A stretch of 64,000 nt of DNA from Felis catus (lineage: Eukaryota), in assembly GCF_018350175.1 (NCBI RefSeq), contig NC_058368.1, positions 46,688,001 to 46,752,000 on the forward strand. Reading direction: 5' to 3'. The notes beneath the pieces are model-generated. The model was not told where the DNA came from. It ran no database searches and saw nothing but the letters and a program-made list of their open reading frames with translations. Within the stretch, counting starts at the first letter, position 1. Each line of letters opens with the position of its first letter. Positions 1 to 13,210 of this stretch are shown here, piece after piece. Both the position numbers and the translations under genes were made by a program.

Positions 1-1487
1 AACTCTTGACACAAATTTTCCATCGATTAAGTTATATTTGACACAGTTAATTATTTAAATTATTTTCAACACAGATCACTTTCATAGCATACAAAATAGT
101 ACGTTAGATTTGTTTATTTGTTTACACATTTAGCACCTCTAAATGATCTCAAGTTCCTCCATGAAAAGGGTGCATATGACCAATACCTATGTTTTGAGAG
201 CCTAGCATAAAACCTGGCACAAAGCAGGTACCATACATAAGTTTTAAACTAATGATTAAGTAGCAATTTTTACTCAGAGGTAACATCCACTTATTCAACA
301 AATATTTGTTCAGTTCTTACTGTGCATCAGACACTAATGACATTGGGGATGCATCAAAATATGATACAGAAGAAGCTTTCTGTCCTCTGGATCCTACATT
401 GTAGCTACAGATATAGGAACATAGCTTTTGTGAAAAACAAGTTAGAAATACACAGATTGAGAAGAAATCAAGGCATCAAACTACTTACTGTCATGAAATT
501 AGTTCAGCTTTTGGAAAGAGAGAGTATATAAAGGGACAAGAAGGGCAAAGGCATCCTTGTGTGCATAGTTGGTCATAACTGTTGCTTTTTCTCATAACAT
601 TTTTACAGATGTCTGAATAAAGGTAGTTACTCTAATAATAATTGTTAACAAGTAATAGATATATCTTAAGAATATATACAATTCAGTCTAAAAAAACTAA
701 ACATTTGATTCCAAGGTACTGTAAGTATCATGATAATTAATTATTAAGTTTTCTAAATAAAACAACTAAATTAAACTAATTTAAAATAAAATTTAGCATC
801 TCATTTTCAAAAGCACAGTTTAAGTTTAAAATATACCTCAATTAAACTCTTAAAGCACTCGGTTGCTATGTAAAGCAGCTTTGTTATTTGAAAGTTTTTG
901 AGCTAACTCTTTATGATTGAAATGGTATATTTATTTGTAAGTGATATTACCAGAATTTTTGAGCAAATGATTTTCTGGGTAAAAGTGAATAAAATTACCT
1001 GCAAAATAACAATTCATTTCTTGTAGCTAGAATTTGATACTTTCTTTGAGACTGCTAATTTAAAAATACTGAAAAAATATGTCCTTGTTAATAAAGAGAA
1101 CAAAGCAAAAGTTTCAAAATGGTCATCTATTGAATTATAACAGAACATTGAAAATCCAAATCAATGTCTGTGAGATGTTCTTTGAATAATTCAAAACAGT
1201 ATACGTTATCTATGACATTAGACTAAATTATTATAATTTCCCATTATGTAGTCAGTGTAGTCCTGGCTTTGTTCTCCATGGGACAAGTTAATTAACACTG
1301 GACTAATTATTTAATGTCTTTATATGTCAACTATCTCATCTGTAAAGTAGGGATAATGGTAAAATTGTCTGGATTATTATATGAGATAATCCGTGGAAAG
1401 CACAGCCTGACATATCCCTACATGTATCCTGATTTTTAAATTGCATATGGGATCGTATAATATACCTTATCCTCAACCTTTTCTTCC

Positions 1488-1707
1488 TTTTTTTAAAGTT
1501 CATTCATTTATTTTGAGAGAGGCAGAGAGTGTGAGTGCAAGTGCAAGCACGGGAGGGACAGAGAGACAGGCAGAGAGAGAATTCTAAGCAGACTTCACAC
1601 TGGTAGCTCAGAGCCTGACATGGGGCTCAGTCCCTCAGATTGTGAGATAATGAGTGTGCCGAAACCAAGAATCAGACACTTAACCAACTGAGCTACCCAA
1701 GTGCCCC
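1488..1707 (-). mobile_element. Carnivore SINE (Can-SINE/SINEC), older copy
   Basis: Reverse complement of the GGGGCAC..GGGTAGCTCAGTTGGTTAAG head ends at 1707; (GA)-rich linker and T-rich tail on the left. Confidence 0.9.
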
Positions 1708-1896
1708 TAAGCCTTTTCCATTAATAATGCATTGCATAGAGTAGAAGTCAATAACTATTTGTGGGATGAATAAATTGAATAAATGATTCTTGCACACATG
1801 ACTTTTGATACCAGTATTTTTTGATAGCATTAATGTATTTTTTCATCAGACAGACATACTATGATTCAATAACTTCTATTTCATGTTTTTTGTTTT

Positions 1897-2119
1897 TATT
1901 TAAAAAAATTTTTTTTCAACGTTTATTTATTTTTGGGACAGAGAGAGACAGAGCATGAACGGGGGAGGGGCAGAGAGAGAGGGAGACACAGAATCGGAAA
2001 CAGGCTCCAGGCTCTGAGCCATCAGCCCAGAGCCTGACGCGGGGCTCGAACTCACGGACCGCGAGATCGTGACCTGGCTGAAGTGGGACGCTTAACCGAC
2101 TGCGCCACCCAGGCGCCCC
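1897..2119 (-). mobile_element. Young feline SINEC_Fc, full length, 15-bp TSD
   Basis: Near-consensus with CpGs intact; TSD CATGTTTTTTGTTTT at 1882-1896 and 2120-2134. Confidence 0.97.
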
Positions 2120-2134
2120 CATGTTTTTTGTTTT

Positions 2135-2180
2135 GAGAGAGAGAGAGCATACGCAGGGAAGAGGGGTAGAAGGGTAGAGG

Positions 2181-2240
<60 letters not shown>

Positions 2241-2361
2241 TTAAGCAGGCTCCATGCCTAGCGTGGAGCTTGACTCAGGACTCAATCCCATGACCCTGGA
2301 ATCATGACCTGAGTTGAAATCAAAAGTCGGATGCTCAACTGACTGAGCCACCCAGACACCC
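2135..2361 (-). mobile_element. Older SINEC with expanded (GA)n linker
   Basis: SINE head reverse complement ends at 2361; (GA)n about 2181-2236; its tail region received the younger SINE. Confidence 0.9.
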
Positions 2362-2917
2362 GATATATTCTTTTTTGATGGAAATTTAATCTCTTATACT
2401 TTTCAGTTTTTATTATCATTAATATTATTAATATAGCTAATTTTTTAACTGCATTCTGGAGGCCTGAGACTTTCTTTTCACTCACTTTCTGTAATGGAAA
2501 GACAAAAACTGTACTACCCAGATTCTCTTGCTGCAAGCATCCTGAATATCAATTAGGTTCCCTTAAAGGGATGTACTCATGGGAATTTTTGGAAAGTGTG
2601 TATGAGGTGGAGCCTGCCTACCTTCCCAATTTAGCCATTTCGATCAGAAAACATAGTTGATGTGACCCTCGAAGTATAATGAATTCTGTCCATTACTGTT
2701 ATGTTAATGTCTGTGCTTGGTACAATTCATGGTCTGCCTCCCTCTGTCCCCGACCTTGCCTTGGTGAGAGCCTTGACCACTTTGATCCCACCTCAGTGGC
2801 TGCTGCTGCTGCCTCAAATAGACATATGATAGGAACCTCAGCAATTCCCTTGCAATCCTATATTAGAGGCCCACTTATGCCTCAGCGATGTTTCTTCCCA
2901 GCCCCCTCTGCCATTCG

Positions 2918-2923
2918 TTTATT
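2918..2923 (-). promoter_or_regulatory. Putative polyadenylation signal AATAAA
   Basis: tttatt on plus, about 90 nt past the stop of the candidate terminal exon. Confidence 0.35.
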
Positions 2924-3010
2924 TCTGATGATGTGTATCCCTGCTGGGTGTACATGAAAATGCTCAGACCGCATTCATGCAACATGTGATCCAAGGGTAG
3001 GTCTGGAGAG

Positions 3011-3206
3011 TTAAACACAGGTCTGCCCTTTTTCTGGACTTGCTATGATGTCCATCCTTTGAAGATCATGTCGGACAGCGCGGCAAGTGTTCGGCATTAG
3101 GAATATCAAACGGGAAAAAACCCACCCCACAAGCCTCTCTCTGCCGTTGGAATTCCCCTCATGCTTTTTCCTGGATGTTTTAAAAACTTTCTGTAGAATG
3201 TTGTTC
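3011..3206 (-). CDS. Candidate terminal coding exon of an unidentified minus-strand gene
   Basis: Strong acceptor cttttcctctgtctcctctag|G at 3206; locally CpG-rich. Phase-2 frame reads NNILQKVFKTSRKK...SPEKGQTCV* (stop 3011); phase-1 frame reads TTFYRKFLKHPG...GGFFPV*. AATAAA at 2918-2923 on minus. Frame unresolved. Confidence 0.45.
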
Positions 3207-5058
3207 CTAGAGGAGACAGAGGAAAAGATGACATCATCATCCATTTTATTTACTGTACTTTTCTCTCCTTTCTTCTTACAATCCTTTCCGAGGCAATGAT
3301 TTTCAGGCTTCTTCCACCCTATCAGTGTTGCTCAAACTTCAGGTCAAAACACCTTAGCAAATCGTGGCATCAAGCCTACGTTTTAAAAAATGAAATAGAA
3401 TAGACTAGAAGTATCAGGACATATTAACTTCTACATATTATTTCATGAAATTTTAATTTCCATTTTAAAACATATATTTAGCTATGGTTAAATATTCATT
3501 TTATATCTCTTGTTGTATACTGAGTCATAAGAAAAAAAATGCATTTCTTCCTGAGGATTTTGGTCCAGTGAAACTCACTGTCCTATATCTTCATTGTGTT
3601 CTTGTAGGACAAGTCTCTGCATTTAGATGACAACAAGAAGAGGTGTCCTCTGCACTTTGGAAGAAACTTTAGGATATGATTCCTTTTGGTCTCATCCTAA
3701 TATCTTCATAAGTGTTAAAGAATTTAGAAAATGTGTTCCCTCTAAACTAAATTTGCCTCTCAAAGTTACTGTGTTGCTGCAAGATCCTTTGATGAATGCC
3801 AGAAACTGAATACTAACTCTTTATTTTAGCCTCCTTTCTATAGCCATTTAAACCTGCTCTCCTCCCAACCCCCATTCCTACCCCCACGCCTGTGTGCACA
3901 CAGATGCCTCTGGGCAGATTGCATGGAGGTCAGCACAAGGAAATACAACCAGAAAAGCATATCACATTTCAAAAACATAATCTACACTGCACACCATTAC
4001 ATAAGACCTTCCAAAATGATTCAGTGAAAAGATGATTTTTGGGGGAAGAGTTTTTATTTACAAACTGGCATATTGATAATTTGTGATTTATCTTCTCACA
4101 TAGAATAAGCCTCACAATATCTGGACTAGGCTTTTTGTAAAGCTGGGTTAGATATTTAGCCTATAGAAAAGATACGTAGGGTATGCATTTATGTTCATGG
4201 AGAATTACTCTTTGTGTGATAGTAGCGAACTATTATCAACCATCAGAAAGAAGAGAGTAAAGAGAAAAGAATACCAGCGAAGATAGAAAACCTTTACCAA
4301 TGATTTTTTTTTCATTTCAATCTTTAAATGTATCATATCAAGTAATTACAAACTCTGTTCTCTGGAAATTTGAAAACCTGTAGTATGAATATTATAAGCA
4401 TTACTGAAACGACTGACATTTAACTTTCAAATATCCTGGGCATGTAAATGTAGTTTGCTTTTGTTTCCTATCTCAATCTAAATACCTGTATTGCCTTCTC
4501 TGAAACACTACTCTGCCATTTCCACTCTAGACAAGTTTTCAACCTCTCTAAATCTGTTTCCTCCACTACAAAAACCAAATAATACTATCTCCAAAAACTG
4601 CTGAGTAGATTTAAAATACATGGGTATGTATGGGTTTGACATCTAGCAGGTATTTAGGAGTATCAGTGGCATTTCTTTTCCCTTTTTCTTTCTTTCTCCT
4701 CCCCTATCCCTTCTCCTTTCCCACCTACTCCTTCTTCTTGGAACAAACCAGCCCAACTTGGCAACCTAGCCTCAAATGATAACACTAACTATATGGAAAA
4801 ACAGATATGTTCAGAATTCCTTACAACTGAATTTCAAATAATTTGTGGAACACAACCCATTTTACTAGAAATTGCCCGTGTGTGAATTTAAAGACGTCGA
4901 AAATTCCATTGCATTTGTCAGTCATAGGTAAATTAGTAGAAAAAACAATTGGAAAAGAGATGATGTCTGTGGTGTTAGGCATACAGGAGGAAAGGGATTT
5001 TCCCCTATAACTGAGCTATAAACAACTATTTTTAGGACCAATTTCTCTCTCCAGCATT

Positions 5059-5362
5059 TAAAAAATTAATAGGCATTATTTTTAGAGTAGCTTTAGGTTT
5101 ATAGAAAAACCAAGCAGGAAGCACAAAGAGCTCCCACATACTCCTCCCAGCCCAGTTTCTTCTATTATTAACATCTTGCATTATTGTATAGTATATTTGT
5201 TACAACCAAAGAATGAATATCAATACATTATCATTAACTGAAGTCTATAGTTTACATTAGGGTTCACTCTGTTGTGTAGTTCTATGGGTTTTGGCAAATG
5301 TCCCATATGTGTCTATCATTCTACTATCATGCAGTATAATTTCAGTGGCCTAAAAATTCTCT
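5059..5362 (-). mobile_element. Old L1 (L1MC/L1MD-like) 3' end fragment
   Basis: Recalled L1M 3'UTR motifs 'ttattaacatcttgcatta' and 'tagtttacattagggttcactc'. Confidence 0.7.
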
Positions 5363-5562
5363 AGTATTTTAATTGTTCAGACAACTATTCAGATCTCTCT
5401 TTCTCTCTCACTTATTTGAAGATCCTAGATGGGAAATATATGGCAGAGTAAGATGGACAAAGGATTAGGAATCTATTTAATAAATATTTGTGGAGCATCT
5501 ACTATGTACTAGGACATTTGCTAAGTGTTAGGAATAGAGCAATGAAAAAAATAGGCAAAGAA

Positions 5563-5762
5563 GGGGCACCTGGGTGGCTCAGTTGGTTGATTTTAGCTCA
5601 CATCATGATCTCATGGTGGTGAGATCAAACCCTGCTGTCAACACAGAGCCTGCTTGGAATTTTCTCTCTTCCCTCTCTCTCTGCCCCTCCCCTACTTGCA
5701 CACATATGTGTTCACACTTTTGCTCTCTCTCTCAAAATTAATAAATAAACATTAAAAAAAAA
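5563..5762 (+). mobile_element. SINEC with internal deletions
   Basis: GGGGCACCTGGGTGGCTCAGTTGGTT head, CT-rich linker, AATAAA and A tail. Confidence 0.9.
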
Positions 5763-6578
5763 CAAAGAGATATGTCTAGTGAGTATGAAAAATTAGAAAA
5801 AAAAATCACAAATAATTGCCAAACGTGGCAAGTACCAGGATGGGTGTTTTAGAAAATAGTGCATGGATTTATAGCACAGGTGGATAGATGTACATGTCAG
5901 GGAAGGGATCTCTGTAGAAGTGAGATTTTAGGTGGGATCAGTGAAAAGGGATGGGAATGACATTCTGCAGGAGGAAACATGTAGGAAACCCTGGAAATGG
6001 GAAAAAAAAAACTAGCTCTTGGAGGAAGAGTGAGAAGGCCTGTCTTTTCACCAGAGGGCAAGGGACAAAGGGAATGATTAAAATGGTTGAGACTAAAGAG
6101 AAGTTTGTGTGCAGATTCTGCACGTCTGGTAGTCTGTAATAAACACAAGGGGGCACAGATCACTTTAAGTGGAGAGTGACACAAAATCAGATACGTATGT
6201 GTTCTGCACGGTAGAGGAAAATCAACCCAAGTGGAACTGAGAGACAGGCTAGACTACACGTCTGGTAGTGGTGACTTGGACTGTGGAGGTAAAAATGGAA
6301 ATGTAGATGCTTGAGGTGTATTTCAGATGTGTGAAGTATGTGTGAGACTTTCCAAATTTCTGTGATTATGAGTGTAAAGTGGGAAATAACCTAAATATCT
6401 TAATAAACCCAACCTAAATAATCACGATGTATGAGATTAAATACATTAAAGGGGTTGTGGTAGGTCTGTATGTGTTAAGATGACAAGATCTCCAGGATAT
6501 TGTGTTCATTGGAAAAAAGAATATCTCAGAATAGATGTAGTATTGCCTTATTTATTTAAGAAAAATAGAAAACAAAAT

Positions 6579-6772
6579 GGGGCGCCTCGGTGGCTCAGTC
6601 AGTTAAGTGGCTGACTCTTGATTTCAGTTCAGGTCTTGATATCATGGTTCTTGGGATCGAGCCCCATGCTGGGTTCTGCGCTGATGGTGCAGAGCCTGCT
6701 TGGGATTCTGTCTCTCTCTGTTCCTCCTTTCGTTCATGCAAACATGCTCTCAAAATAAATAAACATTAAAAA
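6579..6772 (+). mobile_element. SINEC
   Basis: GGGGCGCCTCGGTGGCTCAGTC head; AAAAATAGAAAA duplicated on both flanks. Confidence 0.92.
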
Positions 6773-7167
6773 ATAGAAAAAAATCAATCTATGTATATAT
6801 GTATACATAAGGACGTATCTAGAAAAGAATTAAACAATGACTATTTCTGGAGAGATGAGTGGGAGTATGATTGCACATTTGCTCTGTATCCCTTGGTCAT
6901 ATCTAAATTGCTCTTACAACAAAATTTCGTTTTAATGCTTCATATGTTATGTAAAAATCTAGAGTATGCTGTCCAAAAAAAGAATTACCTTGGCAGATAA
7001 TATTCCTAATTTTAGGTTAAATAGAACATCTAAATCATAAATCTACTAATTCAGTGATGAGAGCCTAGATCTTCTGAAAGGGTTTTAGTACCTCCAATAT
7101 TTAGAAGTTGTATTACCTCAATGATACTTGCTAAATTGATCTAGTGTTCTAGAAATTTGACTATTTC

Positions 7168-7369
7168 TTTTTCTTTTTTCTTTTTTAAGTTTATTTATTT
7201 ATTTTAAGAGAGTGTATGTGTGAACAGGGGAGGGGCAGAGGGAGAGGGAGAAAATCCCAAGCTGGCTCCATCTTGTCAGTGTGGAGCCTGACATGGGGCT
7301 CAAACTCACAAACCGTGAGGTCAAAATCAACAGTCAGGTGCTTAACCCACTGAGCCACTCAGGTGTCCC
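7168..7369 (-). mobile_element. SINEC
   Basis: Reverse-complement head ends at 7369; T-rich tail; GAAATTTGA on both flanks. Confidence 0.9.
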
Positions 7370-7499
7370 TGGAAATTTGAATTTTTCTGCACCTCCAGTT
7401 TCCTATCCTTCTATTTGGACATTAGGTTTAAAAATGAAAACATTTACCAAACTCCCTTACTACTAAGGATTTGAGTATGGATTAAGCTCTTCAAGTTGG

Positions 7500-7852
7500 A
7501 AGCACTCATGTGAGATTTGAGAGAAAAAATTAACGGCATTTTCCCATGGCAGTGAAGTGTGGGATTGGAGGTGGGGTAAGTGTGACTGAAAGATGTGAGT
7601 CTTGGCAATGGCTAGACAGTCTACTGACACAGACCCAGCTTCATGGTTGGGTGGCAGCAGTAGTTTCAGACTCTGGATCTCAGCAATACTGGCATGATTT
7701 TTAAGCCAATAGTCCACCAGCATGACTTCTGCTCCTTCAGCCACTCTTTCCCCTCAATGACTTTACAAGCATCGAGTTTCCTGTATTAAATCCCTTTCTG
7801 CTTGACATACTTAGGCTAATTTCCTGTTCAGGCACTGAAACCTGATTAATAC
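7500..7852 (+). mobile_element. Ancient ERVL-class LTR fragment (LTR16/LTR33-like)
   Basis: 3' motif 'ttcctgtattaaatccctttctgcttga' resembles recalled ERVL LTR ends; boundaries approximate. Confidence 0.4.
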
Positions 7853-8126
7853 ACCCACTTTCTCCATATGGCCTTGTGTTGTCAGATAACTTCACTGGGA
7901 GCTACAGAAAAATTCAGTCACCTAGAAACCCCCACACACCTTTTGTTAGATGTTCTCTTCCCCAGATGTTTGCACCACCTAGGAGGAGCAATTGTCCAAT
8001 GGCAAAAATTAAATATTCAGGATTATACTTTGTGCTGTTGTCTCTCATCATCAGTTACCTACCCCTATTAAACCATTGCCTTCAGTATAAACACTTTATC
8101 TAGTTCTCTAATCTTAAGCATAGACA

Positions 8127-8128
<2 letters not shown>

Positions 8129-8171
<43 letters not shown>
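8129..8171. repeat. (CA)n microsatellite
   Basis: Pure CA run. Confidence 0.98.
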
Positions 8172-8173
<2 letters not shown>

Positions 8174-8399
8174 ATCTTTGCTTCAACATCTCTGTCATTT
8201 ACTGTCCCAGAACTCTAATCTCCTGTGTTGAAAACTTTCTTGAAATGTTTGCCTATACTTACTGTTTCCACTTTGTCATCTTCCTTGGACCCTACAATCC
8301 ACTTCAGTTAATGGTACTACTATGTACCCATTTTCAGCCCCCAACCCTAAAAGTCATGCTTACTCCTGTCTTCCCCTTTTCTGTCACATTTACTTTTTC

Positions 8400-9080
8400 A
8401 TTTCTCTTGTTCATTTCTCTCCATCTCCATTGTCACTCCCTCAGTCCAAGTTGGCCATGAACGCTCACCTGGACAACTACAATGTCTCTTACCAATTCTT
8501 CCTCATTTCATTCTTTGCTCCTTCTGCAACCCATTCTCAATAAAATAATCAAAACAATCTTTTGAAAATGTGCATTAAACCATTTATTGCCATAATTAAA
8601 ATGTTTCTATAGTTTCTTTTAACACTAGGGTCTGAATTCCCTAACCTTGTTTCCACAGCACAGTGTAGTATGATCCTGCCATCTTTACCCTCACATAATT
8701 CTCTCACCTCTTCATTGCATGCCATACATACTGGCTTTCCTTCTGTTGCTTTAAAACCAAGCTTCTCCTAGTCATGTCATTCTCTGTGCTTGGAATACTC
8801 TTCACCATATTCTCCACTTGGCTCCTTCCTTGTCCTCTATCAGGTTTCTGGTCTAATGGCACCTTTCTCCTAGACCATTCTATCTAAATTAGAAATGCGA
8901 TGAACAAACCTGTTTATTTCCATTATAGCACTGACTAATTTGAATTTTAATTTTATTGTTGTCCTCTTACAATAAACTAATTGAAAACAGGGATCTTAAC
9001 TGTCTTTTTTCCCTTCTTTATCCTCAGAACCTGGCAGAGTATCTGGGACATAGGTTGTGTTCAAAAAATATTTGTTGAAA
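8400..9080. mobile_element. Ancient L2-like fragment
   Basis: Pyrimidine-rich degenerate sequence ending 'cctggcagagtatctgggacatagg...aaatatttgttgaa'; boundaries approximate. Confidence 0.55.
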
Positions 9081-10519
9081 AATATAAATCACATCTTCTG
9101 ATATCCAGAGCAAACAAATTTGTTCCTTTCACCAAGATAAACAATAGATGAACCTGAATAACTCAATTGTAATTCATGAATTTTAATTACTTTCCTCCTT
9201 CCCTTGTGTCTCCATTGTGTATTGGTTTTCTTCAGTAATGGGTATTCTGTTTTCAATATTAAATTTAAAGTATCCCTTGTATTAATTTAAAAAAGAAATG
9301 CTACTTCATCTTCCTCATAGCTATTGTTAATCTGTTTATGTTGTTATTACTGGTAATGTTTTCTTAGATCCCTCATCTGGTACAGTATCCTAATTTCAGA
9401 ATTATTGTCTTGTCTGTGAAATATTCTCTAGTGAAGAAACACACAAGTCAGGAGACTTGATTTTAAATTCTAACTGGGTGATTTGGGGATAAATAATATA
9501 AGCTTTGGGCTCAATTTCCTCATGTGTTGAATTCAAGGTTGAATTGGAAGATCCCCAAGGTCTCTTCCACTTGAATTGTTCTAGAATGTTAAGATAGAGT
9601 GGAGAATGAGATTGCTGCATGACAAATAGGAGCTGAAACTGAGCAGACATCAAAAATGGTGATGAAATATAAATAACCAGCAAGACATTTTAGTAATAGC
9701 CCAACCTCTTCTAAGTCATCTAATAATATCTTGTATTTTATCATCCTGGATTACATTGTGGTTTAGAATATTGCAATACTCAAATGCTAAGGTAGGTCAT
9801 CACCATCGGCCCCAACAAGAGTAATAGCATTACATGGCGCCTTTCATCTCAGGCTCTCAACTCACTTGGTAAACATCAATTAAATTTCAAAACTTCCCTA
9901 TGCTAGTATTACTGTACCCATTTAACAGATGGAAAAGTGAACCATATTCTTGTTCAAACCACAAACCAAAGCTTTCTCATTTTAAATCAGTAGACTTCCT
10001 TAAGTTAATAATTAATATGCTAGCAGAGACCTGGGGTTGAATTTAATGAATGAGAATTTCTATATGTGGTATCACCATGCCCGTGGGTTTATGGAACTAT
10101 GTGTGGTGTCTGTGAATGTGTGTGGGTGTATATATGGAGTATGAGTGGTTATGATTATAAGTGTGTATAGTCTGTGGGAAAAACTAGTGCATGTGAGTGT
10201 GTGCCTGCATAAATATAAAGTTGTGTGCTCTGCAGACACTCAAACTTTTGATTTCTAATTAAAAAAAATTCTCTGCTGCATTTAATACTTCTGGCATTCT
10301 CTTCACCATCATCCATGCCCTTTTTCTGATGTTTATTTCATTTCTCCACGATTTGTTCTTTCTCTGCCAATCCCTGCTCAGAGTTCTGCTCTCTAATTTT
10401 TATTTTCACCACCATGCGACCTCTGGTGCTCTTACCATGGTCTCATTGATTCTCTATATGTTACTATTACTCAAATCTATTCCCATGGTTTGACTCTCTT
10501 CCCCGGTGTCTTCACTGAC

Positions 10520-11400
10520 CATAGATATCTCTCTACTTAGATGTCCTACCATTATCTTAAACCCAGGGTATTTGAGAACACATTCATCAGTTTACTCACC
10601 CTCACTCCCCTGCAACTAAACCTCTTACTTATGTTAGAGGTGACCAACTATCCAGACACCCAACACAGAAATCCAGAATTCACCCTCCATTTCTCCATTC
10701 CTCTCACCCTCTACATTCAAACAATTAGCAAGTCCTGCTTGCTAAGTGACTTTCTGTTTGCAACTTCTTCAGTCTGTTGATTCCTCCTAATACCCCTTCC
10801 ATATCCTTTGAATAGGCCACCGTTATCTGCTGCCTATATGGTGATACAGGTCTTCAAATACATTCTCTAGTCTGATGTCAGAGTGACTTTCATAAGACAA
10901 TAAACTGATCATGTCTCTCCTGATTAAAGCCCTTCAATGCCCTATCTCCATCACCATTAGAATCACGTCTAGTCCTTCACACGATTTTCAGGGTCTTGCA
11001 TGCTCTGACCCTTGCAGACTGCATCATGATCACCATTTGCTCTTTGTCTTTTTAAATTCTATCAACCATGATGATATCTTTTGCTCTCTCCTGTATGCAT
11101 GCATGTATGTGTAGATTATATTTGAATATATATTACATACGAATACATATATTCACATTCAATTTCTTGAATGTGCATTTTTTCTTTACTCTGGTTTTTC
11201 TACATCTCCTCTTCCTCTTCGCTGTGTTTGGCTAATCCCTACTTCTCCTTCAGGTGTCAGCTCAAAAATCACTTTCCCTAGCAAAGCTTGCCTTGTTTTT
11301 CAAGGCCACTATGTGCTCTTAGAACTCACTATGTATCACGTATCACATAGCATCTTTATTACCTTTGTTTGTGTGATTTTTCCCCTAGATTTTGAATTTG
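10520..11400. mobile_element. Ancient L2-like fragment
   Basis: Motifs such as 'tctctacttagatgtcc', 'tgatcatgtctctcc' and 'cagctcaaaaatcac'; boundaries approximate. Confidence 0.5.
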
Positions 11401-12183
11401 GGGAAGCAGAATATGGGCCAGATACATATTGATCTAAATAAACTATAGTACTATAAATAATCCAGGAGCAGTGGGGCACTCAGTGTAAATAGTGTATGTT
11501 AGTAGAAAAGTACTTATTATCTCATTAAATTGTCTACTACATGCCAAGTGTGAATGTAATGAGACTGATTTCATGTGTGGTTTATGAAAATAATCTTGGA
11601 TTTGTAGTCCTATTCATCAGTATAAACAGGCAGGAGAGTTTTCTGCCCTAGTTGTGTGTATCTCTTCATACAAGTTGAGAAATTATTGGGACTGTGGGGA
11701 CCATGTACAGGTATAAGCCTACAAATCCCTACCCAAGCAAATGCTTATTCCTCGGATCCATCTTTTTGAGGACTAAAGTAGGCCACCTGCAGGTCGGAAA
11801 AGTTACCAGAGGGCAAATATTTGGGGGAGATGAGGATTGAGCATTGATGTGAGGGTAGGGCTTCCCTTCCAAATTCATGCCAAGGTAACTCATGGTGCTG
11901 GCCAGGGTAAGAAGAGAAAGAGGAGGCAAGTGGGGAGAGGTGCCAGAGATGAAAGTGAGCTGTGGATCTCCAAGGGGCCTGTGGGCTCTAGGAAATTTGT
12001 ATCTGGCTGTCCAGGTTGGTATGAAGTATATTTGTCAAGGTGGGAAAACAAATTTTACTTAATAGTTTGTCAACTTGACTTACAGCCTTTAACTGTTTAA
12101 ATGTATGTCATGTGTCTAGTTATACTTTTGTACAAATCCACAATTGTTAGGGACTAGCCTGCTATTTTTAAAAAGCTATTTTC

Positions 12184-12395
12184 GGGGCGCCTGGGTGGCG
12201 CAGTCGGTTAAGCGTCCGACTTCAGCCAGGTCGCGATCTCGATGTCCGTGAGTTCGAGCCCCGCGTCAGGCTCTGGGCTGATGGCTCAGAGCCTGGAGCC
12301 TGTTTCCGATTCTGTGTCTCCCTCTCTCTCTGCCCCTCCCCCGTTCATGCTCTGTCTCTCTCTGTCCCAAAAATAAATAAACGTTGAAAAAAAAA
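12184..12395 (+). mobile_element. Young feline SINEC_Fc, full length, 15-bp TSD
   Basis: Near-consensus; TSD TAAAAAGCTATTTTC at 12169-12183 and 12396-12410. Confidence 0.97.
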
Positions 12396-12736
12396 TAAAA
12401 AGCTATTTTCTAGAAGATTTTTGAGTTTTGTAGCAGAATGTGAAACTTAAAGCATCCCTTAATTTCTTGATAACTGTCAGTAATATTTTATACCAATAGT
12501 AAAATATATTTCAGTTACACCTCAACTGAAATCATGGTTTTCATCATAACACAGAAAACCTATAAATATTGCATAGGTTTTGCCTATCCTTTTGACATAA
12601 TGGCAATGAAAGTGCTTCAGCACAGTCCCTGATGCTAATGTTCATGAAAGGAAAGAGACTAATTTAGATCACGTCTTGTTTGTGTATGTGCGTGGTTTTC
12701 TGTTTTTTGTTTTTGTTTTTGGTACCTCTCTTTTTA

Positions 12737-12971
12737 TTTTATTTTTGTAAAATTCTATTTATTTGTTTATTTTTTTAGAGAGGGAGAGGGAGAGAGCAAG
12801 CGAGCCTATGTGTGAGTGGGAAGGGGTAGAGGGGGAGAGAGAGAGAGTCTTAAGCAGGCTTCAGGCTCAGCATGGAGCCAGACATGGACCTTGATCCCAC
12901 TACCCTGGGATCATGACCTGAGCTGAAATCAAGAGTTGGGTGCTCAACTACCTGAGCCACCCAGGTGCTCC
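12737..12971 (-). mobile_element. Older SINEC
   Basis: Reverse-complement head ends near 12971; GTACCTCTCT on both flanks. Confidence 0.9.
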
Positions 12972-12984
12972 AGTACCTCTCTCT

Positions 12985-13210
12985 TTTTTTTTTTTTTTAA
13001 TTTTTTTAACGTTTATTTATTTTTGAGACAGAGAGAGACAGAGCATGAACGGGGGAGGGGCAGAGAGAGAGGGAGACACAGAATTGGAAGCAGGCTCCAG
13101 GCTCTGAGCCATCAGCCCAGAGCCCGACGCGGGGCTCGAACTCACTGACCGCGAGATCGTGACCTGAGCCGAAGTCGGACACTTAACCGACTGAGCCACC
13201 CAGGCGCCCC
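12985..13210 (-). mobile_element. Young feline SINEC_Fc
   Basis: Near-consensus; TCCAGTACCTCTCT at 12969-12982 and 13212-13225. Confidence 0.96.

Noticed and set aside
1916..2536. ORFs such as MGAPGWRSRLSVPLQ and the many MAQSVK-type ORFs
   Set aside because: Translations of SINE sequence; the same peptides recur at every SINE copy
9191..9275. 85-nt minus-strand exon candidate (GYFKFNIENRIPITEENQYTMETQGKEE)
   Set aside because: Weak acceptor (acaag) and weak donor (AAA|GTAATT)
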